Positions 7,858 through 15,996 of a DNA stretch of 64,000 nt are shown here, piece after piece. Each line of letters begins with the position of its first letter. Within the stretch, counting starts at the first letter, position 1. The translations under genes and the position numbers were made by a program. This DNA is from Acidimicrobiales bacterium (GTDB lineage Bacteria > Actinomycetota > Acidimicrobiia > Acidimicrobiales > VFJN01), in contig DASQUK010000057.1 of the NCBI GenBank assembly GCA_035641315.1, positions 1,268-65,267 on the forward strand. The letters run 5' to 3'. The notes under the pieces are model-generated. The model worked only from the letters and a program-made list of their open reading frames with translations, was not told where the DNA came from and did not search any database.

Positions 7858-9987
7858 ATGGCGATCGTCGAACGACCCGCAGCACCCCTCGAGCTCGCCC
7901 CCGGGGCTACCGTCACCGTTCGCCCGCTCGGGGTCTTCACCCGGCCCAAGGCGACGACCGGCTGGCGCAGCTGGTTCACCACCGTCGATCACAAGCGCGT
8001 CGGCATCTTGTACGGCGCAGCGGCGATGTTCTTCTTCCTGCTGGGCGGCGTCGAGGCGCTGTTCATCCGGGCCCAGCTGGCGGCACCCGGCCAGGAGCTG
8101 TACTCGGCCGACCTCTACAACCAGCTCTTCACCATGCACGGGGTGACGATGATCTTCCTCGTCGTCATCCCCATTGGCGCCGCGTTTATGAACTACCTCA
8201 TGCCGCTGCAGATCGGGGCCCGCGACGTCGCGTTCCCGCGGGTCAACGCGCTCAGTTTCTGGGTGTTCCTGTTCGGCGGGCTTTTCCTGAACACGTCGTG
8301 GTTCCTGGGCGGCGGCGCGGACGGCGGCTGGTTCGCCTACGCCCCCAACACCGGCGTGACGTTCTCACCCGGTCACGGCATGGACTTCTACGCCCTCGGC
8401 CTGCAGATGACCGGCATCGCCTCGCTGCTGGGCGCCATCAACCTGGTGGTCACCGTGCTCAACATGCGGGCGCCGGGCATGACGCTCATGAAGATGCCGG
8501 TGTTCACCTGGATGGGCCTCGTCACGCAGCTGCTGCTGGTGTTCGCGCTGCCGGTCCTCTCGGTGGCGCTGTTCCTGCTCACCTTCGACCGGCTGTTCGA
8601 CGCCAACTTCTTCAACGTGTCGGCGGGGGCCGATCCGCTCCTGTGGGAGCACCTGTTCTGGATCTTCGGCCACCCGGAGGTCTACATCCTCATCCTGCCG
8701 GCCTTCGGGATCGTGTCCGAGATCGTCCCCGTGTTCTCGCGCAAGCCGATCTTCGGCTACCCGTTCATGGTGTTCTCGGGCATCGCCATCGGGTTCATGG
8801 GCTGGGGCGTGTGGGCGCACCACATGTTCGCCTCGGGCATGGGACCGATCTCGGTGGCGGCGTTCTCGCTGTCCACCATGTTCATCGCCGTGCCCACCGG
8901 CGTGAAGATCCTCAACTGGATGGCCACCATGTGGGGCGGCAAGTTGCGCTTCACCACGCCGATGCTGTTCGCCATCGGCCTGGTCACGATGTTCACCATC
9001 GGCGGCCTGTCGGGCGTGACCCACGCCGTCGCGCCCGCCGACACCCAGCAGACCGACACCTATTACATCGTCGCCCACTTCCACTACGTGCTCTTCGGCG
9101 GCGCGCTGATGGGCTTCCTGGGGGGCATGTACTTCTGGTGGCCCAAGGTGTTCGGCTTCGCGCTCAGCGACAAGTTGGGCAAGTGGCATTTCTGGTTGAT
9201 CCTCATCGGGTTCAACCTCACCTTCGGGCCGATGCACATCCTCGGGCTGCAGGGCATGCCCCGGCGGATGCACACCTACATCGCCGACTACGGCTTCGAG
9301 ACGTGGAACATGGTGGCGACCATCGGGGCATTCCTGATCGCGGTGGCCATGCTGGTGTTCGTCGGGAACATCCTGATGAGCTGGCGGGCGCACCGCGCCA
9401 ACCCGGTGGGCCCGGGGCCCGACCCGTGGGACGCCCGCAGCCTCGAGTGGAGCGTGCCGTCGCCGGTGCCCGCCCACAACTTCGACACCGTGCCCACCGT
9501 CTCGCACCTGGACGAGTTCTGGCACCACAAGTACCAGGAGAACGCCGAGGGCAAGGTGGTGCGGGTCGCCACCGGCGCGGAGGTGGCCCAGAAGGGCGAC
9601 GGTACCGGCGTGCACCTGCCGTCACCGTCGTACTGGCCGCTGGTGCTGGCTGCCGCGCTGCCCATCGTCGGCTATGGCCTCATCTTCAACCTGGGGATCG
9701 CCGCCGCCGGCGGCGTGCTGGTGATCCTGGCGGGCTTCGGCTTCGGCTTCGAGCCGTCCGACGACCCCGAGGCGCACCACGGCCCCCACGGTCCCCTCGG
9801 CAACGGGCACGGCGACGGGCGCGCCGAGCTCGGCGCCGGGGAGGACGGCGCCGAGCCCGGGTCCGAAGGCGAGTCGGCAGCCAAGGTGGCGGCGGGAGAG
9901 GCCGAGCCGGTCGGCGTCACCAGTGGTGCCGGCGGCGCCCGCACGTCCGACACCGCGGCCGACGAGGAGGGCAGCAGCGATGGCTGA
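7858..9987 (+). CDS. ctaD: Cytochrome c oxidase subunit I (A-family), with C-terminal subunit-IV-like TM pair and acidic His/Gly-rich tail
   Basis: 709 aa. All ligand motifs are present: FTMHG, WIFGHPEVY, WAHHMF, HFHYV. The C-terminal extension starts at …LPSPSYWP…. Confidence 0.95.
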   Translation: MAIVERPAAPLELAPGATVTVRPLGVFTRPKATTGWRSWFTTVDHKRVGILYGAAAMFFFLLGGVEALFIRAQLAAPGQELYSADLYNQLFTMHGVTMIFLVVIPIGAAFMNYLMPLQIGARDVAFPRVNALSFWVFLFGGLFLNTSWFLGGGADGGWFAYAPNTGVTFSPGHGMDFYALGLQMTGIASLLGAINLVVTVLNMRAPGMTLMKMPVFTWMGLVTQLLLVFALPVLSVALFLLTFDRLFDANFFNVSAGADPLLWEHLFWIFGHPEVYILILPAFGIVSEIVPVFSRKPIFGYPFMVFSGIAIGFMGWGVWAHHMFASGMGPISVAAFSLSTMFIAVPTGVKILNWMATMWGGKLRFTTPMLFAIGLVTMFTIGGLSGVTHAVAPADTQQTDTYYIVAHFHYVLFGGALMGFLGGMYFWWPKVFGFALSDKLGKWHFWLILIGFNLTFGPMHILGLQGMPRRMHTYIADYGFETWNMVATIGAFLIAVAMLVFVGNILMSWRAHRANPVGPGPDPWDARSLEWSVPSPVPAHNFDTVPTVSHLDEFWHHKYQENAEGKVVRVATGAEVAQKGDGTGVHLPSPSYWPLVLAAALPIVGYGLIFNLGIAAAGGVLVILAGFGFGFEPSDDPEAHHGPHGPLGNGHGDGRAELGAGEDGAEPGSEGESAAKVAAGEAEPVGVTSGAGGARTSDTAADEEGSSDG

Positions 9988-10615
9988 CACCGCGATCCAC
10001 GGGTCGATCGCGGCCGAGACCGAGCACGGGGTGCCCAGCCACGCCACCAGCACCGGCATCTCCAACGAGAAGCTGGCGATGTGGGTGTTCCTCGGCTCCG
10101 ACTGCCTGCTGTTCGGCGCCCTGATCTCCACCTACCTGCTGCTGCGCCACCGCAGCCTCACCGGACCCGAGGAGCTGCGCGGCCCGGCCAACGTCTTCGA
10201 CATCCCGTTCACGTCGGTGTCGAGCTTCGTGCTGCTGTTCAGCTCGCTGACCATGGCGCTGGCGGTCGGGGCGATCCACCGGGGCGACGTGCGCCGCTGC
10301 CGCACGTTCCTGCTGACCACCGCCCTGCTGGGCTCGGTGTTCATCGGCGGCCAGGTCTACGAGTTCACCAGCTTCGTGAACGAGGGGCTGGGCTACACAA
10401 CCAACATCCTCGGGTCGGCCTTCTACACGCTGACCGGCTTCCACGGCGTGCACGTGAGCGTGGGGATCATGTTCCTCATGTCGCTGTTCGTGATGTCGCT
10501 GCGGGGCAAGCTGGGGCCCGAGCGGGCCGAGACGGTCGAGATCTTCGGCCTCTACTGGCACTTCGTCGACATCGTGTGGATCCTGATCTTCACGATCGTC
10601 TACCTGATCCCGTGA
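9980..10615 (+). CDS. ctaE: Cytochrome c oxidase subunit III (short, 5-TM type)
   Basis: MADTAIHG… start overlaps the ctaD stop. Carries …AMWVFLGSDCLLFGALI…, …TGFHGVHV… and …YWHFVDIVWI…. Confidence 0.9.
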   Translation: MADTAIHGSIAAETEHGVPSHATSTGISNEKLAMWVFLGSDCLLFGALISTYLLLRHRSLTGPEELRGPANVFDIPFTSVSSFVLLFSSLTMALAVGAIHRGDVRRCRTFLLTTALLGSVFIGGQVYEFTSFVNEGLGYTTNILGSAFYTLTGFHGVHVSVGIMFLMSLFVMSLRGKLGPERAETVEIFGLYWHFVDIVWILIFTIVYLIP

Positions 10616-10628
10616 CGGAGGCTGAGAG

Positions 10629-11006
10629 ATGAGCGTCGCCGAGACCGAGCACAAGGGGACCCCGCTCGAGCCGCATCACGAGGCCCACCAGAAGGAGCAC
10701 CCCAGCGACTGGACGTACATCAAGGTCGCGCTCTTCCTCGGCGCTCTCACCGCGCTCGAGGTCTCCACGTACTTCTGGGAGGACCCCAGCACCACCGTGT
10801 TGGTGGCGACCCTGTTCCCGATGATGATCATCAAGTTCGGGGTCGTGGTCGCCTACTTCATGCACCTCCGCTACGACAACCCGCTGTTCCGGCGGGTGTT
10901 CGTGTTCGGGCTGATGCTGGCGGTCGTCGTCTACCTCGTCGCCATGACCGCCATGCAGTTCTGGTCGGACGACTACGCCGTCGGGGCCCTCGGCCTGGTC
11001 ACATGA
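10629..11006 (+). CDS. ctaF: Cytochrome c oxidase subunit IV (prokaryotic COX4/CtaF-QoxD-like family)
   Basis: 125 aa with 3 TM segments, …YIKVALFLGALTALEV… and …KFGVVVAYFMHLRYD…. It sits in the ctaF position of a Bacillus-type ctaCDEFG operon. Confidence 0.75.
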   Translation: MSVAETEHKGTPLEPHHEAHQKEHPSDWTYIKVALFLGALTALEVSTYFWEDPSTTVLVATLFPMMIIKFGVVVAYFMHLRYDNPLFRRVFVFGLMLAVVVYLVAMTAMQFWSDDYAVGALGLVT

Positions 11007-11923
11007 ACCTGTTCCCTGGCGCCCTTGAAGCTGGGGGTGCCGACTTCTGGCGGTGGCAGCCGCATCCCGAGGTGTGGCTGCTGGTGGGCGGCGTCGCCGT
11101 GCTGGCGATCTACGCCCTGAGGGTTGTGGGCCCCAAGGTGGTGCCGCCGGGCCAGCCCGTCGCCACCCGCAGCCAGATGGCCTGGCTCGTGCTGGGCGTC
11201 GCGCTGCTGTGGTTCGCCTCGGACTGGCCAATGCACGACGTCGCGGAGGAGTACCTGTTCTCGATCCACATGACCCAGCACATGCTGCTCACGTTCATGG
11301 TGCCGCCGGTGCTGCTGCTGGCCACGCCCGAGTGGCTCGCCCGGTTGGTGCTCGGCCGGGGTCGGGTCAAGCGGGCGTTCTTCGCCGTGGCCCGCCCGGT
11401 GCCGGCGGCGCTGGCGTTCAACGCCCTGCAGCTGCTGACCCACTGGCCGGGGATGGTCAACGCCTCGGTCGAGAACGCGCTGGTCCACTACCTGGTGCAC
11501 ACGGCGCTGGTGTCGGCGGCGTTCCTGCTGTGGATCCCGATATGCGGGCCGCTGCCCGAGCTGCGCCTCTCGTACCCGGCGCAGATGCTGTACCTGTTCG
11601 TCACCTCCATCGTCCCGACGGTGCCCGCCGCCTGGTTGACGTTCGCCGAGGGCTCTGTCTACTCGGCGTACGACATCCCGCAGCGGTTGTGGGGCATCTC
11701 GGTCACGACCGACCAACAGGCGGCGGGGCTGATCATGAAGCTGGTGGCGGGCGGGTTCCTGTGGCTGATCATCACCGTGCGGTTCTTCCAGTGGGCGTCG
11801 AAGTTCTCCGACACCGACAAGGCGGTGGATCAGGCCGGGCCCGCCCACGACCTCACGTGGGCCGACGTGGAGCGGGAGTTCGAGCAGCACCCGCCGCCGC
11901 CCGAGCCCCAGGTCCGCAGCTAG
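11003..11923 (+). CDS. ctaG: Cytochrome c oxidase assembly factor CtaG (Bacillus-type, caa3_CtaG family)
   Basis: 306-aa polytopic protein with the …HMTQHMLL… and …HYLVHTAL… helices typical of caa3 CtaG. Its start overlaps the ctaF stop. Confidence 0.8.
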   Translation: MNLFPGALEAGGADFWRWQPHPEVWLLVGGVAVLAIYALRVVGPKVVPPGQPVATRSQMAWLVLGVALLWFASDWPMHDVAEEYLFSIHMTQHMLLTFMVPPVLLLATPEWLARLVLGRGRVKRAFFAVARPVPAALAFNALQLLTHWPGMVNASVENALVHYLVHTALVSAAFLLWIPICGPLPELRLSYPAQMLYLFVTSIVPTVPAAWLTFAEGSVYSAYDIPQRLWGISVTTDQQAAGLIMKLVAGGFLWLIITVRFFQWASKFSDTDKAVDQAGPAHDLTWADVEREFEQHPPPPEPQVRS

Positions 11924-11929
11924 CGCGGT

Positions 11930-12658
11930 TCAGTCCGACGGTTCCCAGCGGAACAGGCTCACCGCCAGCCCCACCGCCCCGACCGCCCACAGCGTCAGCA
12001 CCGGCCACACCCGGCCCGGGATGCCCACGCCGTCTGTCAACGCACCGTGGGCCGCCTCGGCCAGCGCGGTGGAGGGCAGGGCGCGGGCGATGCCCCGCAG
12101 CGTCGACGGCAGCTCGTCGAGCGGGAACACCATCCCTGACAGCAGCAGAAGCACCACGAAGATGGCGTTGGCGGCGGCCAGAGCCACCAGCGCCCGTAGC
12201 CGGCCGGCGAGCGCCAGCGCCAGCCCGGTGAACGCCACCACCGCCAGCACCAGGGCGGCGACGAGGGGCAGCGGCTCGACGTCGGGACGCCAACCGAGGG
12301 CAAGCGCCGCCGCGGCCAGCACCGCCACCTGGACAGCGATGACGATCAGCACGGACAGGGCCTTGGCGGCGACCAGCCGGGGTCGGCCCAGTGGCGTGGT
12401 GCCCAGCCGCTTGAGGACGCCGTAGGAACGGTCGAACCCGGTGGATATGGCCAGGTTGGCGAAGGCCGTGGCCAGCACCGCCAGGGCCAGCGTGCCCGGC
12501 GCCAGGAAGTCGACGTCGTCGCCGTCGATGGGCAGCACGTCGACCACCGAGAAGAACACCAGCACCACCACGGGGATGCCGAGGGTCAGCAGCAGCGACT
12601 CCGCGTTGCGGAACGTCAACGCCAGCTCCAGCCGCAGCTGCGCCCACAGTCCCCTCAC
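11930..12658 (-). CDS. ABC-2 type transporter permease
   Basis: 242 aa with 6 TM segments. Its start overlaps the stop of the ATPase gene upstream. Confidence 0.75.
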   Translation of the reverse strand: MRGLWAQLRLELALTFRNAESLLLTLGIPVVVLVFFSVVDVLPIDGDDVDFLAPGTLALAVLATAFANLAISTGFDRSYGVLKRLGTTPLGRPRLVAAKALSVLIVIAVQVAVLAAAALALGWRPDVEPLPLVAALVLAVVAFTGLALALAGRLRALVALAAANAIFVVLLLLSGMVFPLDELPSTLRGIARALPSTALAEAAHGALTDGVGIPGRVWPVLTLWAVGAVGLAVSLFRWEPSD

Positions 12659-13653
12659 GGCTCCACCTCCGCCGTCCCTTTCCCCCGCTCCTGACTTCTG
12701 GTGACGGAATCCGGCGGATCTCGACGGATCGCGTCACCAGAACCGGGCGACTCCGACGTCAGCCGCAGGAACACGTCCTCCAACCGCTGCCGTCCGGCCC
12801 TGAGGTCGCCGAGGGGCAGGTCGTGCTCGGCCAGCCAGGCGGTGATGGCCGCCACCGTCGCCGGCGTGGGCTCCGCCGTGACCTCGTACTCGCCAGGTCC
12901 GGTCTCGGCGACCGTGACGCCGCCGAGGCGCCCGGCCAGCGCGGCGGTGTCGATGCCGGGTGGCGCCGCGAACCGCACGGTTTCGCCTGCGCCTGGCCCC
13001 CGCATGATCTCGTCCAGCGGGCCCTCGGCCACCAGGCGGGCCCGGTCGATGATCACGACCCGATCGGCCACCCGCTCGGCCTCGTCGAGGTCGTGGGTGG
13101 TCAGCAGCACCGTGACGCCCTCGGAGCGCAGGTCGGCGATCACCTGGCGGATGACCTGGCGGCCGGCGGGATCGACCCCCGACGTGGGTTCGTCGAGGAA
13201 CGCCACCTGCGGGCGGCCCACCAGGGCCAGGGCGAGCGCCAGGCGCCTCTGCTCGCCACCGGACAGCTGGCGGTAGGTGCGGCGCTCGAGCCCGCCGAGG
13301 CCCAGCCGCTCCAGCAGCTCGCCGGGGTCGAGCGACTCGGCGTAGAGGCTGGCCGCGTGCCGGACCGCCTCCAGCGCCCGCACACCGGGATGGATCCCGC
13401 CGTCCTGCAGCATCACGCCGATGCGCTCGACCAGCGACCGGTGGTCGGCGTGGGGGTCGAGCCCGATGACGGACATGCGGCCGAGCTTGGGCCGGCGCAG
13501 TCCCTCCAGCGACTCGATCGTCGAGGTCTTGCCGGCGCCGTTGGGCCCGAGCACGCAGGTGACCTCGCCCGCCTCGGCCTGGAACGACAGGGCGTCGACC
13601 GCGACGACCGCGCCGTAGGTGACCGTCAGTCCCTCGACCTCGATGGCGGACAT
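12655..13653 (-). CDS. ABC transporter ATP-binding protein (ABC-2/DrrA-like)
   Basis: Walker A GPNGAGKTS, signature LSGGEQRR, Walker B FLDEPTSGVD and H-loop TTHDLDE. Confidence 0.9.
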   Translation of the reverse strand: MSAIEVEGLTVTYGAVVAVDALSFQAEAGEVTCVLGPNGAGKTSTIESLEGLRRPKLGRMSVIGLDPHADHRSLVERIGVMLQDGGIHPGVRALEAVRHAASLYAESLDPGELLERLGLGGLERRTYRQLSGGEQRRLALALALVGRPQVAFLDEPTSGVDPAGRQVIRQVIADLRSEGVTVLLTTHDLDEAERVADRVVIIDRARLVAEGPLDEIMRGPGAGETVRFAAPPGIDTAALAGRLGGVTVAETGPGEYEVTAEPTPATVAAITAWLAEHDLPLGDLRAGRQRLEDVFLRLTSESPGSGDAIRRDPPDSVTRSQERGKGTAEVEP

Positions 13654-13690
13654 GGCGACAGCGACGCTACCGCCGGGCCGTCACATGCTC

Positions 13691-13723
13691 CCCGTTCTTG
13701 GCCTTCGGTCGGGCCGCTCTGGC
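13691..13723 (+). repeat. REP-like unit (degenerate copy)
   Basis: CCCGTTCTTGGCCTTCGGTCGGGCCGCTCTGGC compared with the family consensus CCCGCTCTTGNNGCTTCGCNNCGGGCCGCTCGGGC. Confidence 0.6.
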
Positions 13724-13737
13724 TGTCGACGTGTTGT

Positions 13738-13800
13738 CGCCCGCTCCCGCGGCCGCTCGGGCCGGGCTCGCTCTCTCGCCCCTACGGGGACGCTCGCTCA
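13738..13800 (+). repeat. REP-like unit (long form with CTCGCTCTCTCGCCC…GACGCTCGCTCA tail)
   Basis: …CCCGCTCCCGCGGCCGCTCGGGCCGGGCTCGCTCTCTCGCCCCTACGGGGACGCTCGCTCAGG is nearly identical in its tail to 52140..52188. It overlaps the last 6 codons of lysE. Confidence 0.75.
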
Positions 13801-14432
13801 GGCCGGCCACTCGCCGCCAGGCGGACGCCCAGGCCGATCATGGTCAGCCCGCCGACGCCCCCGAGGGCTTCCAGCCGGCGCGGCGAGCGGGCCAGCCAGC
13901 TGCGAACGGACCCGGCCAGCATCCCCCAGGTGCTGTCCGACACCACGGCGATGCCGACGGCGATGGCCCCGAGCGCCAGCATCTGCAGCGCCACCGGCGC
14001 CCCGCCCGGATCGACGAACTGCGGCAGGATCGCCGTGAAGAACACGATCCCCTTGGGGTTGCTGATGCCCACCACGAACCCCTCTACGGCCAGGCTGTGC
14101 CGCCAGCTGGTCGCGGCGCCCACGTCGAGGACCTCCGCCAGCTCCCGCCGGTGCCGGATGGCCTGGACGCCGAGGTACACCAGGTAGGCCGCGCCGAGCA
14201 ACCGGACGGCGTTCAGAAGCACCACCGAGCGCTCGATGACGGCGCCGACGCCGAGGGCAACGGCGACGACCTGCATGTAGACGCCGGCGGCGTTGCCCAT
14301 GGCGGTGACGACCGCTGCCCGGCGTCCCAGCGCCACACCCCGGCTCACGACGAACAGCACGCTCGGCCCCGGCACCACGATCAGCACGAATGCGGCCACG
14401 GTGAACGAGGCGAGCGCGTGCGAGTCGACCAC
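13782..14432 (-). CDS. LysE/RhtB family amino-acid exporter
   Basis: 216 aa with 6 TM segments. N-terminal …FVLIVVPGPSVLFVVSRG… and …GISNPKGIVFF… are LysE-family hallmarks. Confidence 0.85.
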   Translation of the reverse strand: MVDSHALASFTVAAFVLIVVPGPSVLFVVSRGVALGRRAAVVTAMGNAAGVYMQVVAVALGVGAVIERSVVLLNAVRLLGAAYLVYLGVQAIRHRRELAEVLDVGAATSWRHSLAVEGFVVGISNPKGIVFFTAILPQFVDPGGAPVALQMLALGAIAVGIAVVSDSTWGMLAGSVRSWLARSPRRLEALGGVGGLTMIGLGVRLAASGRPERASP

Positions 14433-14449
14433 CGCCGCGACCCTAGGGG

Positions 14450-14497
14450 CTTCTGCCCGCGCTCACCGCGCCATTTGCGTCTCAGCGCGGGCAGAAG
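14450..14497. promoter_or_regulatory. Perfect 14-bp inverted repeat in the lysE/serS divergent intergenic region
   Basis: CTTCTGCCCGCGCT-(20 nt)-AGCGCGGGCAGAAG, ending 21 nt upstream of the serS ATG. It could be an operator or a leader hairpin. Confidence 0.5.
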
Positions 14498-14518
14498 GGC
14501 TGGGTAGCCTCGGCGTCC

Positions 14519-15838
14519 ATGCTCGACATCCGCCGGATCCGCAGCGAGCCCGAGGCCGTCAAGGCCGCGCTCGACCGCCGGGGTCCGGGCACCTCCGAGC
14601 CCATCGACAGGGTGCTCGCCATCGACGCCGAGCAGCGCCGGATCATCGCCCAGCGTGACGACGTCCGCAGCCAGATCAAGGTGTTGTCCAAGCAGGTCGG
14701 CCGCCTCCGCGGCCAGGGCAAGGGCGACGAGGTCGAGGCGGCCATGGCCCGGAGCCGGGCGCTCGGCGACGACGAGGAGGCGCTCGCCAAGGCGGCCAGC
14801 GTGCTCGCCGACCAGGTCCGCACCGAGCTGCTCGCGCTGCCCAACCTGCCGAGCGACGATGCGCCCCACGGCACGGGCGAGCGGGACAACGTCGTGCTGC
14901 GCACCGAGGGCTTCGACGCGGGGGCCTACGGCGAGCATCAGCGGGTCCCACACTGGGAGATCGGCGCCGAGCTCGGCATCCTCGACAACGAGCGGGCCAC
15001 GAAGATCTCGGGCTCGATGTTCACCATGTACCGGGGCTGGGGCGCCCGGCTGCTGCGGGGCCTGGTGCAGCTGAGCCTCGACCGCAACGCTGACACCTAC
15101 GAGGAGATCCGCCCGCCCACCCTCGTGCGCACCGAGACGATGGTCTCGACCGGACACCTCCCCAAGTTCGCCGACGAGGCGTACCACATCGAGCGCGACG
15201 ACCTGTGGGCCATCCCGACCGCCGAGGTGCCGCTCACCTCGCTGCACGGCGGCGAGATCCTCGACGCCGCCGACCTCCCGCTGCGCTACATGGCCTACAC
15301 GTCGTGCTTCCGCCGCGAGGCTGGCTCCGCCGGCAAGGACACCCGGGGCCTGTTGCGGGCCCACGAGTTCGACAAGGTCGAGCTGCTGGCCGTGGCCGCC
15401 GACCGCGAGCAGGCGATCGCCTGCCAAGAGGACGTGCTGGCCCGCAGCGAGGGCCTGCTGCGGGACCTGGGGCTGGCGTACCGGGTGGTCGACCTGTGCA
15501 CCGCCGACCTGAGCAACTCGGCCGCGCGCACGTGGGACCTCGAGGCCTACGCCCCGGGCGTTGACCAGTGGCTGGAGGTGTCGTCGGTGTCCTGGTTCGG
15601 CGACTACCAGGCCCGCCGGGCCAACATCCGCTGCCGCCCGGCCGAGGGCGAGGTGAGCGGCGGAAAGAGCAAGGCCAAGGGCACCGAGGTGGCCCACACC
15701 GTCAACGGCTCGGCCATGGGTTGGCCGCGCACGGTGGCCGCCTACCTGGAGACCCACCGCCGGCCCGACGGCACGGTGGCGATCGTCGAGCCGCTCCGCC
15801 CCTATCTGGCCGGCGCCGAACGCATCCCGCCCCAATAG
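14519..15838 (+). CDS. serS: Seryl-tRNA synthetase
   Basis: 439 aa. N-terminal coiled-coil arm (MLDIRRIRSEPEAVKAAL…) and class II core (…TSCFRREAGSAGKDTRGLLRAHEFDKVE…, …NGSAMGWPRTVAAYLE…). Confidence 0.95.
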   Translation: MLDIRRIRSEPEAVKAALDRRGPGTSEPIDRVLAIDAEQRRIIAQRDDVRSQIKVLSKQVGRLRGQGKGDEVEAAMARSRALGDDEEALAKAASVLADQVRTELLALPNLPSDDAPHGTGERDNVVLRTEGFDAGAYGEHQRVPHWEIGAELGILDNERATKISGSMFTMYRGWGARLLRGLVQLSLDRNADTYEEIRPPTLVRTETMVSTGHLPKFADEAYHIERDDLWAIPTAEVPLTSLHGGEILDAADLPLRYMAYTSCFRREAGSAGKDTRGLLRAHEFDKVELLAVAADREQAIACQEDVLARSEGLLRDLGLAYRVVDLCTADLSNSAARTWDLEAYAPGVDQWLEVSSVSWFGDYQARRANIRCRPAEGEVSGGKSKAKGTEVAHTVNGSAMGWPRTVAAYLETHRRPDGTVAIVEPLRPYLAGAERIPPQ

Positions 15839-15855
15839 GGCTCCGACGCTGTCCG

Positions 15856-15893
15856 TCCCGCTCTTGCCGCTTCGCGGCGGGCCGCTCGGGCCC
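15856..15893 (+). repeat. REP-like unit
   Basis: TCCCGCTCTTGCCGCTTCGCGGCGGGCCGCTCGGGCCC, with the small hairpin GCCGC-TTC-GCGGC. Lies just after the serS stop. Confidence 0.8.
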
Positions 15894-15996
15894 AGGGGCC
15901 ACTCGACTCCCGCCAGACCGGCGTAACCACTAACCTCGCAGGGTCCCCTTCTCCCCTCGAGGGACATCGCCGCCGAGTCAGGGAGATCCTTCAGCA

